The notes: a model not told the origin generated them from the letters alone. Shown: positions 1-11,824, counted from the whole stretch's first letter. The stretch is DNA of 60,742 nucleotides, filler included, from Dimargaris cristalligena (GCA_003614675.1; 7 parts of 7 records of this genome joined end to end with filler, not necessarily neighbours in it); one strand, 5' to 3'. Translations and numbers: made by a program.

Positions 1-1
1 T

Positions 2-410
2 GCAATTCTTTATAAAAATGAGTCCACCAATACCATTAAACATCACTATATTGATGTTTTTTCAGATATTTTATCACATGATGGTTTGCAGACTAATAGC
101 TGCTTGAAACTGATTATTGAATCAGACTTTTTTAAGTAGCAAAAATTTAAAAAACTCCACATCTGGACAGACTGTGGTACCCACTTTAGATGTGGGGAAT
201 CTATCAATTTTACTGTATTTGTTGTCCCTTCTATATATAATGTAGATACAACATTCAACTTCTTTACTGAACAGTATGGGAAGAGTAGAGTTAATGGCTA
301 TTTTGGATTAATATCCAGATTTCTAGCTACTGCTGAAAAGTAGCAGAGAGTTGCATCAATTTCTGATGTAATTCACTGTCTAGACCATCTAATTAGAAAT
401 TACAATGCTG
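2..410 (+). mobile_element. Degenerate DDD/DDE transposase fragment, Sola(2)-like
   Basis: Manual translation of frame +2 gives ...YIDVFSDILSHD...(TAG)...KLHIWTDCGTHFR...NFFTEQYGKSRVNGYFGLISRFL. This resembles the 'HD ... WSDxxxxF[KR] ... FxxxHGKxxxDGxxG' core of Sola-type transposases, with transition-type decay (H>Y, D>N, Q>stop). The region is almost free of CpG. Confidence 0.5.
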
Positions 411-3313
411 GGAAAGCTGAAGCTCATCAGCTTTCAGTTTGTTTCCTGTAATACAGTAGGGACTGGCAACCAGAGTCTTATAATATAGTAAACTTCAAAA
501 AAGTGAAGTCAGTCTACTTTTTACAGATATTCTTTTATCTCTTTAATACTAAATTTTATTATTATATTATACAAATGAATTAAATAAATTTAAAAGATAA
601 TATATTGCATCTTGAATTTTATTAGCCTAATTATAAATACACTCTATTTTTATTTATTCTATAGAGTATACTATAATAATAGAATAAGGTACCTAACCCA
701 AATGGCTATAAAAAGCTAGCAAAAGTCTGTTATTTATAATATTGGGATGTTTTATTATCCCGGCTTATGGGATTTTAGGTTTAATGGATACTAAATTTAC
801 ATTAGCCAGTAGTAGTGGTGTTTTTACCCCACCCGCAACAACCCTACTCACATTCAAAGCCTTCCCACCAGTACAATGTGTTATCAACCAACCCCTGATT
901 TATCAAGGTGAGGTTGCTGGTATATCCACTATAAGCCCTCCTTGGTTGTGAGAGGCATGCACATTTTAATGTTTTTCGTTTATATATTAAACTACCTTTT
1001 TATCCCTAGCTAAAATCACCTTTCCACCGAGTTTGATTGAAGCTTAGGGCTATAGTACCTATATACCATTCGAAGTTTACTTGGTGAGCTTTGGCACATG
1101 CTACTTGCCCCCATTTGCTATTCAGCATTCCCCATTGGGGAGTCTGGCCGTTCCCTCATTCCCTTTACCTATATCTATGCCGGTCTTATCATGCTTACCA
1201 TTGTCAACGTCTTTACTCTATCTCCGGTTGTGACCCATTTACTCTTATAGGCCGCTGGTAAATAGTCGAGTTTAAATAAAAACGAGACTGAGGCGAACTG
1301 GCCGGAGCTAGCTAGCAGCTGTAGCTATAGTTATTAGGGCCGCGGGTAATAATGAAGTCTACGCTTGATTGTAGCAGCACCCCTCTACTACGCCGGGGCT
1401 GAATTCAGCATTCCGAACTTACTCCTCCCCCCACCCTGGGCCCTTCACTGTTGTTTGAATGAGTGCTCGTTCTCCATTTGTAGGGCCGGCGGTGGAGAGC
1501 TAACGGGGGGAACGCGGACAGGCAAGACAAGACAAGACAAGACAAAACAAAACGGGGCGGGACATGGGTTAGGCGGTCTCGTTCGTAATAATCACGTGAT
1601 ATTGACCTGTAGGCCCACCGACATATTGATAGCAGCAGCTCTATATGACTGGGCGGCTGTTGTTCTCACGTCCGATGGATATGATTAGTGAGTAGTGGTG
1701 CAATTTACTACTATCCTCCGGCTGAAGTTCACCCCTGTTTATAATTCAGACGGTTCTGATATATGATTTCACGGGCGGCGGGATAGCGCCAGAGCCAACA
1801 AGGTGGGTAGAGACGGCGGGCCTGAATAAGCAGCAAGGGCCTGGGCAGCGACTGAGTAGCAGCGTGGTGTCAAAAATAGAACAGCGTGGTGGGATTCGGC
1901 GCTCTATTTGCGATTCATTACACGGCCAGTGAATAGTGGGTATATGTGTGAGCCTTACCCCTGGAAGTGGGTGTATGCGTGGATGTATAGGCAAGATGGG
2001 GGACCACTGGGTTCCGCTAACAAAGGCCATATACAAGTCCCCTCATCACCCACTGCCCGCATTTAGCCACTCCCGTTTAAGCGTGCCCCCGCTAGTTATC
2101 TTCGTTTCATGGGTTCGCTCGCTTCGTCTTTCCTCTTGTGTCTGTTGTTGTCTTTATTTCTCAACAAGTTTTATTGCTTTGCTCCATTCCATTCCGTTCA
2201 TCCTCCCTCGACTCCGTTATTGTGCCTCGACTATTGCTTCTGTTTTTCTCCGTCAGTCCATCATCCACCTGTACTTTGTAACCCGACCGCCGCTGCTCGT
2301 CCACGACCTCTGTTTGTACCTTGTATACATATTCCTTCACGGCCCCTCTCCACCGCTCTAGTGCTGCGTTGCGGTTGTACCTCGCCACTCTTCTCCGTGA
2401 ATTACCCAACCCCGAAAACCCCGCTCTATAGTGCCGGTTGGTCATCCAGTGCCACCGGGTCGCTGATTTAAAACTCCTCCGTGATTGCTTGTCCCACTCT
2501 CCACCGCATCGGCCACGCATTGCCTCCCCCCTTCGCTATTATCCGGCGTACGACATATTCCTCCCGCCCGTCGGCCTACTGCGAATCCAATAGCCTTATT
2601 TAGTCGTAGCGCCCCTCGCGTTCCTCGGCGCGGTCTCTCCGCTGCAAAGACAGTAACGTATTCCACTTGGCGAAGGGCGCCCTCCCCTTCTTCCCCAAAG
2701 TCCCGTCGATATATACGTAGTATTCACCTTGTAAGTTCGGCCCAGTCTTATCCACCGCTGATTAGTTGGTTATTCCATCCGGGCTACTCGGTTCCCCATT
2801 ATTGCATCTTTATATATCGGGCTTTTGCTGCCCGCTTCCCCTCCTCTCCCATGGTCAATGGGGTGGTATTGGTAGAGGAACGTCACCAATGATAGACCTC
2901 CCCTCCCCCTTTCCAACGTTGTCCACCTATGGTTTGTCTGGTCCAAGGATTGTCGTGTTGGCAGCCCGCCTTCACTATGAATATTCCCCACAGTGCACCT
3001 GCGAGGATCGTTTCTAATCTTAGACACCTCTCTATAGCTTATTATTTTCTGGCTCGCCCTAGTTGCATTTGGGGACCACCCGGTTGAAAACCTCCACCCA
3101 AGCTAATGGGTGAAGAAAGCTGGAATATATCTGACAACGCTCTACCGCAATGCGACAGTAGCCCGTATCACCTCCACCCCCCTTTTATGCCTCCCATCTA
3201 ACGATTCGCTGCCCCTTTCTCTATTTATGCAATCCACTCCCCGCGAACTCCCGTCCTAAGCCCCTCATACTTCGATACCCTTCTTCCGAGCGGGCAGAGA
3301 TACTCTTATTGCC

Positions 3314-6300
3314 ATGGTCGACCCGACCCAAGAAGTCACCGCGACTCAGTCGGGTGACGGAGACTCCGGCATTGCCCCCCAGACCCCGTCCAAAAACTCC
3401 CTCTCTTGGACCTTGTTTTTGAAGGAGCTCCACCGGGTTATTGCCGAATTCGACATCTTTCGGAAGCAAGATTGTCTTCTCGTGTGGGCTGATGCCCTCA
3501 CCGATATCGTTCGCCGGCTACTCAAGGCGTCGAACCTCTTATACGCCAATTCCGATTTACTCAAGAACATGGAGTTCCGTAAGGAGCGTCAGCGGGCCGT
3601 CAGCAGTTTGGCCCGGCTGGTCTACCTGTCCAAACTTTCCTCGTTTCCCTTCCCGCCCAACAACATCGAGCAGCGCACCCGGAAACAGGCCCTGGTACTC
3701 ATACAGCATATTCAATACCTGGTTCTGATGCTAGACACGCATAACCTCGACCTCAACACGTCGAGCCAGACTGATGCCGAAGACGCCCAATTCCCCGACT
3801 ATTTTGGCATGTGTAAGCCCCTACCCTCGTTGGCCGACGACCCAGCCATCGCTACAGCGGTTCTCGAGGAAATGACCCCCGCCACCGCCCTCACCAAGCA
3901 GGTGCTGCCCTTCAAGAAGAGTTTCGTCTACCTCGACCGGGACGACTTTGTCCAGACCCTGGACTATCTCTCCGCCCATATTGTGAAAACCGTTGCCACC
4001 CTGCTGGGCTGTATCATGAAAGACACTGAGAGTCTACTTGCCAGTAGTACGGACCTTCTGCGGACTCTCGGCTGGTCGGGTCAGATTCTCTGTCTCGTGG
4101 AGTCGCTGATTGACCCCGCAGCGGCCCAAAGCCCCCCATCCCCCACGGCACCCGGCCCTACTGCTGAACCGCCCAAGCCAGAATCGCCTCTGCTACCCAA
4201 AGAGATCGCTAAACTATACAGCAGTTTTGAGGAACTTCTACGCGTCTCTGAGGCCTGCTGTAAGGCCCGGGACAATCACAACAACAGCCAACTCATGAAC
4301 GCCGTGATTGCCATCCTACAGGCCTCCGAGGAAACCTGCATGGGTCTCAAGAGTGCCCTCACCGAAGCTGATTCCTTCCGGACGCTCACCCAGACCTTCC
4401 AGCACCTTCTGGCTAATAGCGCATATCTTCGACATACCCCTCTTGCCGACATGAAGCTCAAACTCAACGGATTCTACCAAAACTATGCCAAGGCGACTGT
4501 GGTCGCTCGCGTCTCCGGGCAGTTGCCTACCCCCGCTGTGTCGTCGACCACCCTTTCGTCCTCTCCGCCTCAGCTTAAGAGCCATACTCGTAGGTCGTCT
4601 ACCGAAAATGAATTTCGCAAGTCCAACCCACCGATGGAAACGAGCCTCCCCACCCCCCCTCACCACGAGTCCGCCCTCGGGCAATCGCCCGACGATTCCT
4701 TCTCTACTTACTCCCAATCCACCTACACCACTGCTGGCGATGGCTTTCACTACATGCCCCCCAAGATTAACACTGCGACAGCCCCCCACGAGGCCCCTAC
4801 AACCGATGATCTTACTGAGCGTAAATCCAGCTTTACCAACTTCGCCTTTCCGTTCATGCGCCGTATGCGCAGCCGGCAGGACCTGGCTGACACTGGCGGG
4901 CGTAAGCGCCTGGACCCTGTAAATACCAATCATAATTTTGTTCTGCCCTCCCCCGAGTCCCCTCTCCAGCCCAACGAGCATTGGCTGCTTAAGCATTACA
5001 GCGTTACCGGTAACCACATGCCACTCGTCTCCAACCCACCTACGCCGCCCCTTCCTGAGGTCCGCCGGATGCGCAGCGATGCTGGCCTGGCTGGTTATAC
5101 GGCCCCCGCTGCACCACCCAATCCCGCAGGGATGGTGTCGTCTACCCATGTTGGCCCGCCCTTGGGCGCAATTGGTGCCAACTCGCGTGCCATCTCTACT
5201 ACCGGCGTTCGGGTTAACCGGCAGCGGTCGCTGGATACCCTGACTGCTTTAAGTGTGCCCCGGGCCTCAAAGACTCTACCGGATGTTCAGGAGGAGCACA
5301 TTAAGCCTTGGTTCATGAGCTATGACTACCACCACGACGACATCACCTTTAACGAGCACGGCCAAATTATTACCGGTACCATGGAGGCCCTCGTTGAGCG
5401 ACTCACCCTCCATGACTGCAGCGTCGATTCGGAGTACATTTCCACCTTTTTGTTAACCTTTCGTAGTTTTTGTACCCCCATCCGCTTCCTCGATATTTTA
5501 ATGACTCGGTTCCATTTGACACCCCCGGAGGAACTCACGGACTCCGAGCATGCCGAGTGGGCCCAGCAAAAGAAAATACCCGTCCGGCTACGGGTCATCA
5601 ATGTCATCAAAACCTGGCTAGAATCCTACTTCTTCGACGACGAGGATGTGGCCTGCATCCAGCCGCTGCACGAATTCATTGAGAGTACCCTGCGGGACAC
5701 CATGTCTTCGTCCGCCAATCGGCTGGCCCAGCTGGTCGAATCTAAGCAGGACTGCCTTAACCCCGATAGCTCGTGTGCACCCGCTCGTTTGACCAAGTCC
5801 AAGAGCATCGACCGGATGCTGGCGGCAGCCTACGCCTCTATCCCGGATACCCCTCCCCCGTCGCCCCGTCTGCAGCGCTCCATTCTCCACTCCCTTTTGG
5901 ACGGACTGCCCATTTCCATTTACGACATCGAGCCACTGGAAATTGCCCGCCAGCTCACGCTAATGGACGGCCGGCTTTTCGGTGCCATCCGACCCCACGA
6001 GTTAATTGGCCAGGAGTTCTCCAAGAAGGATCTCAGTACGGCCACTAATGTCCGTGCCATGACCGCCCGTAGTAACCGCATCACGGCCTGGGTAGTGGTA
6101 TCGGTACTTAGCGAGCCGGAACTGAAACGGCGTGCCTCCGCCCTAAAGTATTTCCTCAAGGTGGCCGATGCCCTCCTCATTCTCAACAACTATAACACCC
6201 TTATGGCGGTGGCGTGTGGTCTGGTCTATTCGGCTATTTCCCGGCTGCACCTCACTTGGAAATCCCTATCCGGCAAGTACGCCACGCTCATGAAAACCCT

Positions 6301-7219
6301 GGACTCCATCACCGACCCTGATCGGAACTTCGCTACTTACCGGGCCCGAATCCGCCAGCAGCCCCCTCCCTGCCTACCGTTCCTAGGGGTGTATCTGACC
6401 GATTTAACTTTCACCGACGATGGCAACCAGACCTTCCGGCGCCAAAGTAGTGCGGACCGGTTGGCCGCCTGGTGCCAGCGCCATGACACGCAGTCGGTTT
6501 CGTCCGACCTCGCGTCTCTCTCCCACGACGGTGATTCCGTGTCGAACCTATCGGTGGATACGAGTAACACGGCCGAGGAATCCCCCAAGTCCTTCATCAA
6601 CTTCCACAAGTATTTCCAAACGGTTCGTATCATCAAGGAGATCCAAGGGTTCCAAGTGCCTTATAACTTGAAGGACGTCCCCGAATTGCAGCAGCATCTT
6701 CTTGGTGACTTTGAAAGGTGCTTTGCTCATTTCGAGCCGGCCAGCCTATACGACATTAGTCTACGCCTGGAGCCCCGTAAGAACTCGACCATCAGGCCAA
6801 CTCCCCTGGTCGCCCCCCAGCCGACTCAGCCAAGCGCCTCTCTCTTATCCCAGCTGCACCTGACGTCGTCCACGACTAATCTGGTCGCCTCTAACCAGCC
6901 CAGCCAGCCCCCCACAGTACCGACACCCCCGTTTCTGCGTGGCCCGGGTATCCGGAGGAATACCATGGAGTCCAATCGGAGTCAGTCCAGCCAAGCCATC
7001 AATGAGATGGTGAAGCATCACAGCTCCCTGCAGCCCTCCTCGTCGCTTACTTCCTCCAAATCCACCACGAATTTTGCTGATCTCTCGGCACAGGCTTCCG
7101 CAACCACTTCCCATTCTAATGTCCCCTTCTCGACTATGCGGAGGCAGGGTTCCAATGTTGCTGGGGCGTCAGCATCGGTTGTTTCTAACCGCGGACTGGC
7201 TTTTGGCTTCATGTCATAA
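3314..7219 (+). CDS. Ras guanine nucleotide exchange factor (Cdc25/SOS family; REM + CDC25-homology domains)
   Basis: 1301-aa ORF with a REM domain (GTMEALVERLT...TFLLTFRSFCTP...RLRVINVIKTWLE) and a catalytic domain (EIARQLTL, LNNYNTLMA, NFATYR, PCLPFLGVYLTDLTFTDDGN, INFHK). No SH3 domain seen; a short upstream exon is possible. Confidence 0.93.
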   Translation: MVDPTQEVTATQSGDGDSGIAPQTPSKNSLSWTLFLKELHRVIAEFDIFRKQDCLLVWADALTDIVRRLLKASNLLYANSDLLKNMEFRKERQRAVSSLARLVYLSKLSSFPFPPNNIEQRTRKQALVLIQHIQYLVLMLDTHNLDLNTSSQTDAEDAQFPDYFGMCKPLPSLADDPAIATAVLEEMTPATALTKQVLPFKKSFVYLDRDDFVQTLDYLSAHIVKTVATLLGCIMKDTESLLASSTDLLRTLGWSGQILCLVESLIDPAAAQSPPSPTAPGPTAEPPKPESPLLPKEIAKLYSSFEELLRVSEACCKARDNHNNSQLMNAVIAILQASEETCMGLKSALTEADSFRTLTQTFQHLLANSAYLRHTPLADMKLKLNGFYQNYAKATVVARVSGQLPTPAVSSTTLSSSPPQLKSHTRRSSTENEFRKSNPPMETSLPTPPHHESALGQSPDDSFSTYSQSTYTTAGDGFHYMPPKINTATAPHEAPTTDDLTERKSSFTNFAFPFMRRMRSRQDLADTGGRKRLDPVNTNHNFVLPSPESPLQPNEHWLLKHYSVTGNHMPLVSNPPTPPLPEVRRMRSDAGLAGYTAPAAPPNPAGMVSSTHVGPPLGAIGANSRAISTTGVRVNRQRSLDTLTALSVPRASKTLPDVQEEHIKPWFMSYDYHHDDITFNEHGQIITGTMEALVERLTLHDCSVDSEYISTFLLTFRSFCTPIRFLDILMTRFHLTPPEELTDSEHAEWAQQKKIPVRLRVINVIKTWLESYFFDDEDVACIQPLHEFIESTLRDTMSSSANRLAQLVESKQDCLNPDSSCAPARLTKSKSIDRMLAAAYASIPDTPPPSPRLQRSILHSLLDGLPISIYDIEPLEIARQLTLMDGRLFGAIRPHELIGQEFSKKDLSTATNVRAMTARSNRITAWVVVSVLSEPELKRRASALKYFLKVADALLILNNYNTLMAVACGLVYSAISRLHLTWKSLSGKYATLMKTLDSITDPDRNFATYRARIRQQPPPCLPFLGVYLTDLTFTDDGNQTFRRQSSADRLAAWCQRHDTQSVSSDLASLSHDGDSVSNLSVDTSNTAEESPKSFINFHKYFQTVRIIKEIQGFQVPYNLKDVPELQQHLLGDFERCFAHFEPASLYDISLRLEPRKNSTIRPTPLVAPQPTQPSASLLSQLHLTSSTTNLVASNQPSQPPTVPTPPFLRGPGIRRNTMESNRSQSSQAINEMVKHHSSLQPSSSLTSSKSTTNFADLSAQASATTSHSNVPFSTMRRQGSNVAGASASVVSNRGLAFGFMS

Positions 7220-8637
7220 GCGACTGGTATTTTAGGGCCTGCGCATGATTGGCGTAGGCTGCGAAGTTATCCATGGCGTTTAATAGGGCCAAGTGGGTGT
7301 TTAGATAGTAAATATTAACGAATATTTTGCTTACTTACATTTTGTTGCTTTTCCCCCCTGTGCACTTTATTTTATTTTTTTGGCATTACGCCGCCCTCAC
7401 CCATCTTCACTGTTTGCTTTGCCCATGGCTTCCCTGCCGAATGATGTCTATTATATATAGTCGATTGTCGCATCCCTCCCCCTTTTTATTTTATTATTGC
7501 TATTTTCATTTCTAGTCTGTACCTTGCCCCGTGCTGTGATAATACCCCGGGTAGGTCTGATCCCTGTATTTTTGAAATACGAATTTTTTTAGCCAAATTT
7601 ATGACTTTACTATTATGTTTTTGCGTCAGTTTATAGGCTTTCAATTTTAACCATGTTTATAAAATCAGTCAATGTGCATTTACCAGTCCCGCGGAGCGAC
7701 CGAATCAATTTTCCTTTGCAGCTAGTTTCTAAGTGACTGTGCTATAGGTCTTTTTTATAGTGGCCACATTACGCCAAGTAAGGCTCCCCGGAGCCATACT
7801 AAGAGTGCATATTGGCAGACATGGTGTATTCTTTTCACATTGGATGTGCAGATGGTGACAGCATAGCCTGGCACTGCTTAATGCGGAGCTATCATTCGAA
7901 TTGGGTGTACAGTATAACCTCGTGAATTTACGCCCCAAAGACGTTATGAGAGTGCTATACGGACATGTCGAAGACTGGCTAGATGAGCCCCACACTCGAC
8001 GAGACTGGGTTTAATGGTGCGCCTAGTTTGAATTTAATGCTTTGAGCGCATTTCCACCGAGCCGTCTATATAGGTATGTTTAAGACAATTTCCTTACATT
8101 TGATGTTCCTACTGTGCACGTTAGCCACAGCCATAGTGGCATTATTTCCATTCCATTCCGATCCATCCTCCGAATCCCTCAAGGGGTAGAAGAATGATTC
8201 ATGATCCGTCCCCGGATAATGCAACGACACCATTCATCATGTCAAACCAGAACTTTGACTGGACTAATACTCAGGGGTCCAAGTTCACTGTCTGGTGCGG
8301 GATAAGCGACTCATATTAAACACGACGGTGTCCGGTTGGGGTATGGGAGGGGCGGCCGAAGTGGCAAGGGCCTTTTTCCTCTCCTCCTTTTCCTTTCCTT
8401 TCCTTTCCTTCCCTTCCCCTCCGGGCTGCTCCGCCCACAGATACTCACACCATTTCCTCTATATCTCTGAGAGAGCTTGGGAATGTTGAATTAAAAATCC
8501 GATGGATATTCCCCGTCATTGACGTATGTCAACTCTTGTCCCTATCTTCTCCCCCTGCTGGGTTCGAGTGCCCTGCTAGTCTTTCCCAAGGCCATATAGT
8601 CCTTTAAGCCTCCAGTTCTACAGCGGTTCCACTCCCG

Positions 8638-8737
8638 NNNNNNNNNNNNNNNNNNNNNNNNNNNNNNNNNNNNNNNNNNNNTTAATTAATTAANNNNNNN
8701 NNNNNNNNNNNNNNNNNNNNNNNNNNNNNNNNNNNNN
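8638..8737. other. Artificial contig linker N44-TTAATTAATTAA-N44
   Basis: Six-frame stop 12-mer flanked by 44 N on each side; the same structure occurs six times. Confidence 0.98.
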
Positions 8738-8829
8738 CCACCAGTCCCAAGGTGCGACCGGCCCCTTCGAACCAAGTCACCCCCTCCAAGACCTCCCACG
8801 ATGGACCGGTCGCACCTTGGGACTGGTGG
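8738..8829. repeat. Perfect 24-bp inverted repeat at the contig end (probable fold-back chimera)
   Basis: 8738-8761 CCACCAGTCCCAAGGTGCGACCGG is the exact reverse complement of 8806-8829. Confidence 0.85.
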
Positions 8830-10897
8830 GGGGGGAGTCATCCTCGGTCACCAGCTCAGCCTGCTGGGCTTTGACCATTGGCGGAACGGCAGGGAGTTGT
8901 TTATCAAAGTAAACATCAGTAGGTCCCACCGGGGGCCTCGGGGGTGAGGTTGCGGACACGGGGGGCGGGGCCTCCTCCCGAGACGGAGAAACCCCAGTCT
9001 TTTCAGCCGGCGGCGCGGGTTGAGTAGTTGTGGTCTGGCTCTGGCTCTTGTTCGGACCTTGGTTGTGATTCTGATTCTGATTCTGGCCCTGACTCGGGTT
9101 TGGGATTTGGTTCGGACTTTGGTTGTTGTTATTATTGGTGTGGTTTTGGTTTTGCAAAAAGAGGTGGCGCTGACCAGGAGGCACGAAACCCGGAATCTGT
9201 CGGTTGGACGAGGCCCCACCGAGTAACTGATTCGCTGTCTTGGCCAGTTCCTGCTGGCGGTGCAGATCAAGTTCCCGATCGGGTGAGGAGTGATTGGCCG
9301 GGGGGGAACCATTGGGGTTCGATAGCGGTGGCTGTTGGTTCAGGGGCGGCGGGGTTGCCGGTTGTTGGGCGGGGGGTGGTGGTGCCTTGGGCTGGACCGA
9401 CTGAAGGGGGGGTGGCCCAGAGTTGGAGATGGCCACCTGTTGCATTTGGTAGTAGCCTTGACTAGGCGGTGGTTTCCACGTATCGGAGCTGGCCGGGCCT
9501 TGGTCGGCTTCGTCCTGAGACTCGCCTTCGTAGTCCTCATCACCGGTATATTCATCGCTGGATCCCCAGCCAGCGCCTTCGCCAATGACCCGTTCACTGC
9601 TGGCGAACGATACCCGCAACCGGAGGGCGGCACGGGGTTTTTCCACGGGGGAATTGCTATTGAGGGACGCGTCGCTACCGCCCCGGAGGCGATTGACGTT
9701 TTTGGCCGTCCGTCGTAGAATCGAGACGATGCCGCTCTCGGCACGAAAATTGTTCACCTCACCGTTGAAATCGGTATTCTTCTCGGTGAGTCGTTTGAGT
9801 TCCCGACCGGCGTCGTCGAGGTCATCATCATTATCATCGGGATCGTCGCTATCACTGAAGGAGTCGTTTTCGTCCGAAAAATCATCAACGTGTTGATGTT
9901 TGGGTTCGGGCCGGCCATGCAATTCAGCCCGGAGATACTGCCGAGCGGCGTTTCGGCGGGCCTCGTCGTCGGCCAGCATCCAGTTAGGGGCAGGGGAGGG
10001 GGCTTGATCGTTTGTGGAAGGGGGTTGGGGGCCGGCGCCATGGCCATGGGAGGGAGACTGGGGGGGGGGTAAGCGGGCGGCACCCGGGTGGGGACTACCG
10101 TGTGGACCGGGAGCGGGTTGATTGGGAGGACGACGCTGGCCATGTGGATGGTGGGGTCCCGCTGCCGAGGGGATAGACTGGTGGTTGGAAGAGGACCGCT
10201 GGGGAATAGCCACCCCCGTGTCTGGGGCGGCCTGGCTGGAAGTGGAGGAGGAACTTACGGAACGCAGTCCCGAGGCCTTCGTACCGCGACGAACGAGGCC
10301 CGTGCTTATGCGCTTATCGGACGGTAAACTAGTCTCGCTGGGTTCGGGGCTAGAGCTAGAGTCCTGGGAGGGACGGTCGTTGGGAGGAGCAGGGTACCCG
10401 CCGTTGGTGGCAGCGGTGGGCGTGGGGGCAGGGTCGGCGGTGGGTGGACCGGGTCGAGGCACCCTCCGGGCAGCAGACGAAGGGTAGGCCTGGTAGTGAC
10501 TGTCTACCATATGGGAGGGGGGGCTTTGGGGTTCAGTCTCAGCGATGGGAGACATGGGCGGCGGGTGACCGCGGGGAGGGCCTGAGGAGGTGAGAGGCCG
10601 GGGATAGGCTGGCGGTGGAGCCGGGGTGTAGGTGGATTCAGGCGGAGCCGAGAGTTTACGGGCAACTGGGAAGAGGGCAGGGGTGCCCTGTAGAGCGGTG
10701 GGGGTGGCAAAGTTTTCGATTTTACCGCCAATATAAGAGGAGAGATGGATGGGGTCGCTGGGCATGGAAATAGGGCCGAGGGGGGATTGGTCGCCGTCAC
10801 GGGGACCGAAGCCGCTCTTGACTTTGCTAAAGGCGTTGGACCAAAGGCCCCCAGGCTTGCGGCCTTTGGGTGGCTCAAAGGAGCGGGTGCGTTCCAT
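8777..10897 (-). CDS. Pro/Ser/Gln-rich disordered protein with CRIB-like, SILK-like and RVxF motifs (3' end probably artefactual)
   Basis: Long GC-rich ORF whose first ATG is at 10897 (MERTRSFEPP...). Motifs: ISMPSDPIHL (10771-10742), SILR (9724-9713), RVSF (9616-9605). The stop lies within the fold-back at the contig end. Confidence 0.75.
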   Translation of the reverse strand: MERTRSFEPPKGRKPGGLWSNAFSKVKSGFGPRDGDQSPLGPISMPSDPIHLSSYIGGKIENFATPTALQGTPALFPVARKLSAPPESTYTPAPPPAYPRPLTSSGPPRGHPPPMSPIAETEPQSPPSHMVDSHYQAYPSSAARRVPRPGPPTADPAPTPTAATNGGYPAPPNDRPSQDSSSSPEPSETSLPSDKRISTGLVRRGTKASGLRSVSSSSTSSQAAPDTGVAIPQRSSSNHQSIPSAAGPHHPHGQRRPPNQPAPGPHGSPHPGAARLPPPQSPSHGHGAGPQPPSTNDQAPSPAPNWMLADDEARRNAARQYLRAELHGRPEPKHQHVDDFSDENDSFSDSDDPDDNDDDLDDAGRELKRLTEKNTDFNGEVNNFRAESGIVSILRRTAKNVNRLRGGSDASLNSNSPVEKPRAALRLRVSFASSERVIGEGAGWGSSDEYTGDEDYEGESQDEADQGPASSDTWKPPPSQGYYQMQQVAISNSGPPPLQSVQPKAPPPPAQQPATPPPLNQQPPLSNPNGSPPANHSSPDRELDLHRQQELAKTANQLLGGASSNRQIPGFVPPGQRHLFLQNQNHTNNNNNQSPNQIPNPSQGQNQNQNHNQGPNKSQSQTTTTQPAPPAEKTGVSPSREEAPPPVSATSPPRPPVGPTDVYFDKQLPAVPPMVKAQQAELVTEDDSPPTSPKVRPVHRGRSWRG

Positions 10898-11190
10898 CTG
10901 AGTATCGCACGGCGGGGCGATAGTAGGGAAACGGTGGAATACGGAGGCGCAAATAGAGAAGCAAGGAGGGAATAGAAGGAGAGAGTAGGAGAGAGGAAGG
11001 GCCAATTGAATAAGAAGAACCAGTTGTGTGGTTGGAGACCGAAGAAAAGGGATAGGAGAAGGAGTAGAGAGAATAGGCTAGTGTTAGTACTAGTGCTATT
11101 ATTAGTAGCAGTAGACAATAGGCAAGGAAGAGGAAGAAGGACTCCAAGACAGAATGCGACTAGTATAAGTTAGGTGGTAGTAGTATAAGT

Positions 11191-11289
11191 TAGTAGTAGT
11201 AGTAGTAGTATTAGGATGAGTAACGGACAGACGGAGTTCCAAGCGAAGCAACACAGCTCTCTCTCTCTCTCTCTCTCTCTCCTCTCTCT
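11191..11289. repeat. (TAG)n and (CT)n microsatellites in a divergent intergenic region
   Basis: TAG tract at 11191-11210 and (CT)12 plus an imperfect extension at 11257-11289, between the minus-strand gene and GCN2. Confidence 0.85.
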
Positions 11290-11824
11290 TTCAATGCAGT
11301 CTAGCCTAAGCACGGGATTTGACTTGGCCCAGCATATCCTCAATACATGGCTTTTCTTTTAGTTATAGTGGGCCCGCGCTGCATGATTATTTTGCACCGC
11401 ATTCAGAGTTATAATGCCATGACCGCGGCTTCCGATCGCCGTTCAGCGGGTAAATCAAGTTGCAACAGACTGTGCCTCTCTCTCTTACTTTACTACCAGA
11501 AAAAAACCAACCCTGGGAACAGCACCCCCCCCCCTCTCTCTATATGCGCCCTCTCCCTCTATGCGCCCTGTCCTTTCCTTTACTGCATACACTCTGTCCC
11601 CCCAGGCAGGATGCCTTTATCCTGAACCCTGTCGTACTGTGTATTCCTTTCTCTTTCTATCTCATTCTCTCTCTCCCTCCGCCATAGGCAGATCTCCTTT
11701 GTCTACTGCGTAAGAGCTCCAGTCCCTTACTCTCTTTCCCTTCCACTCTCTGCTTTGTTCGCGCTATCTCTCTCTTTCTCTCTCCCGCCATTCTCACCCC
11801 TCTGTACCACCTTCGAATATATGC

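Noticed and set aside
1365-3027. Cluster of short overlapping ORFs upstream of the RasGEF
   Set aside because: Mostly non-ATG starts in pyrimidine-rich, UTR/intron-like sequence with no recognisable domain. No SH3 exon found.
8555-8580. GGTTCGAGT B-box-like motif suggesting a tRNA
   Set aside because: No A-box, acceptor stem or cloverleaf can be formed around it.
8682-8693. TTAATTAATTAA as a biological repeat or CRISPR-like unit
   Set aside because: Always centred in an N-run of fixed length; it is a synthetic six-frame stop spacer.
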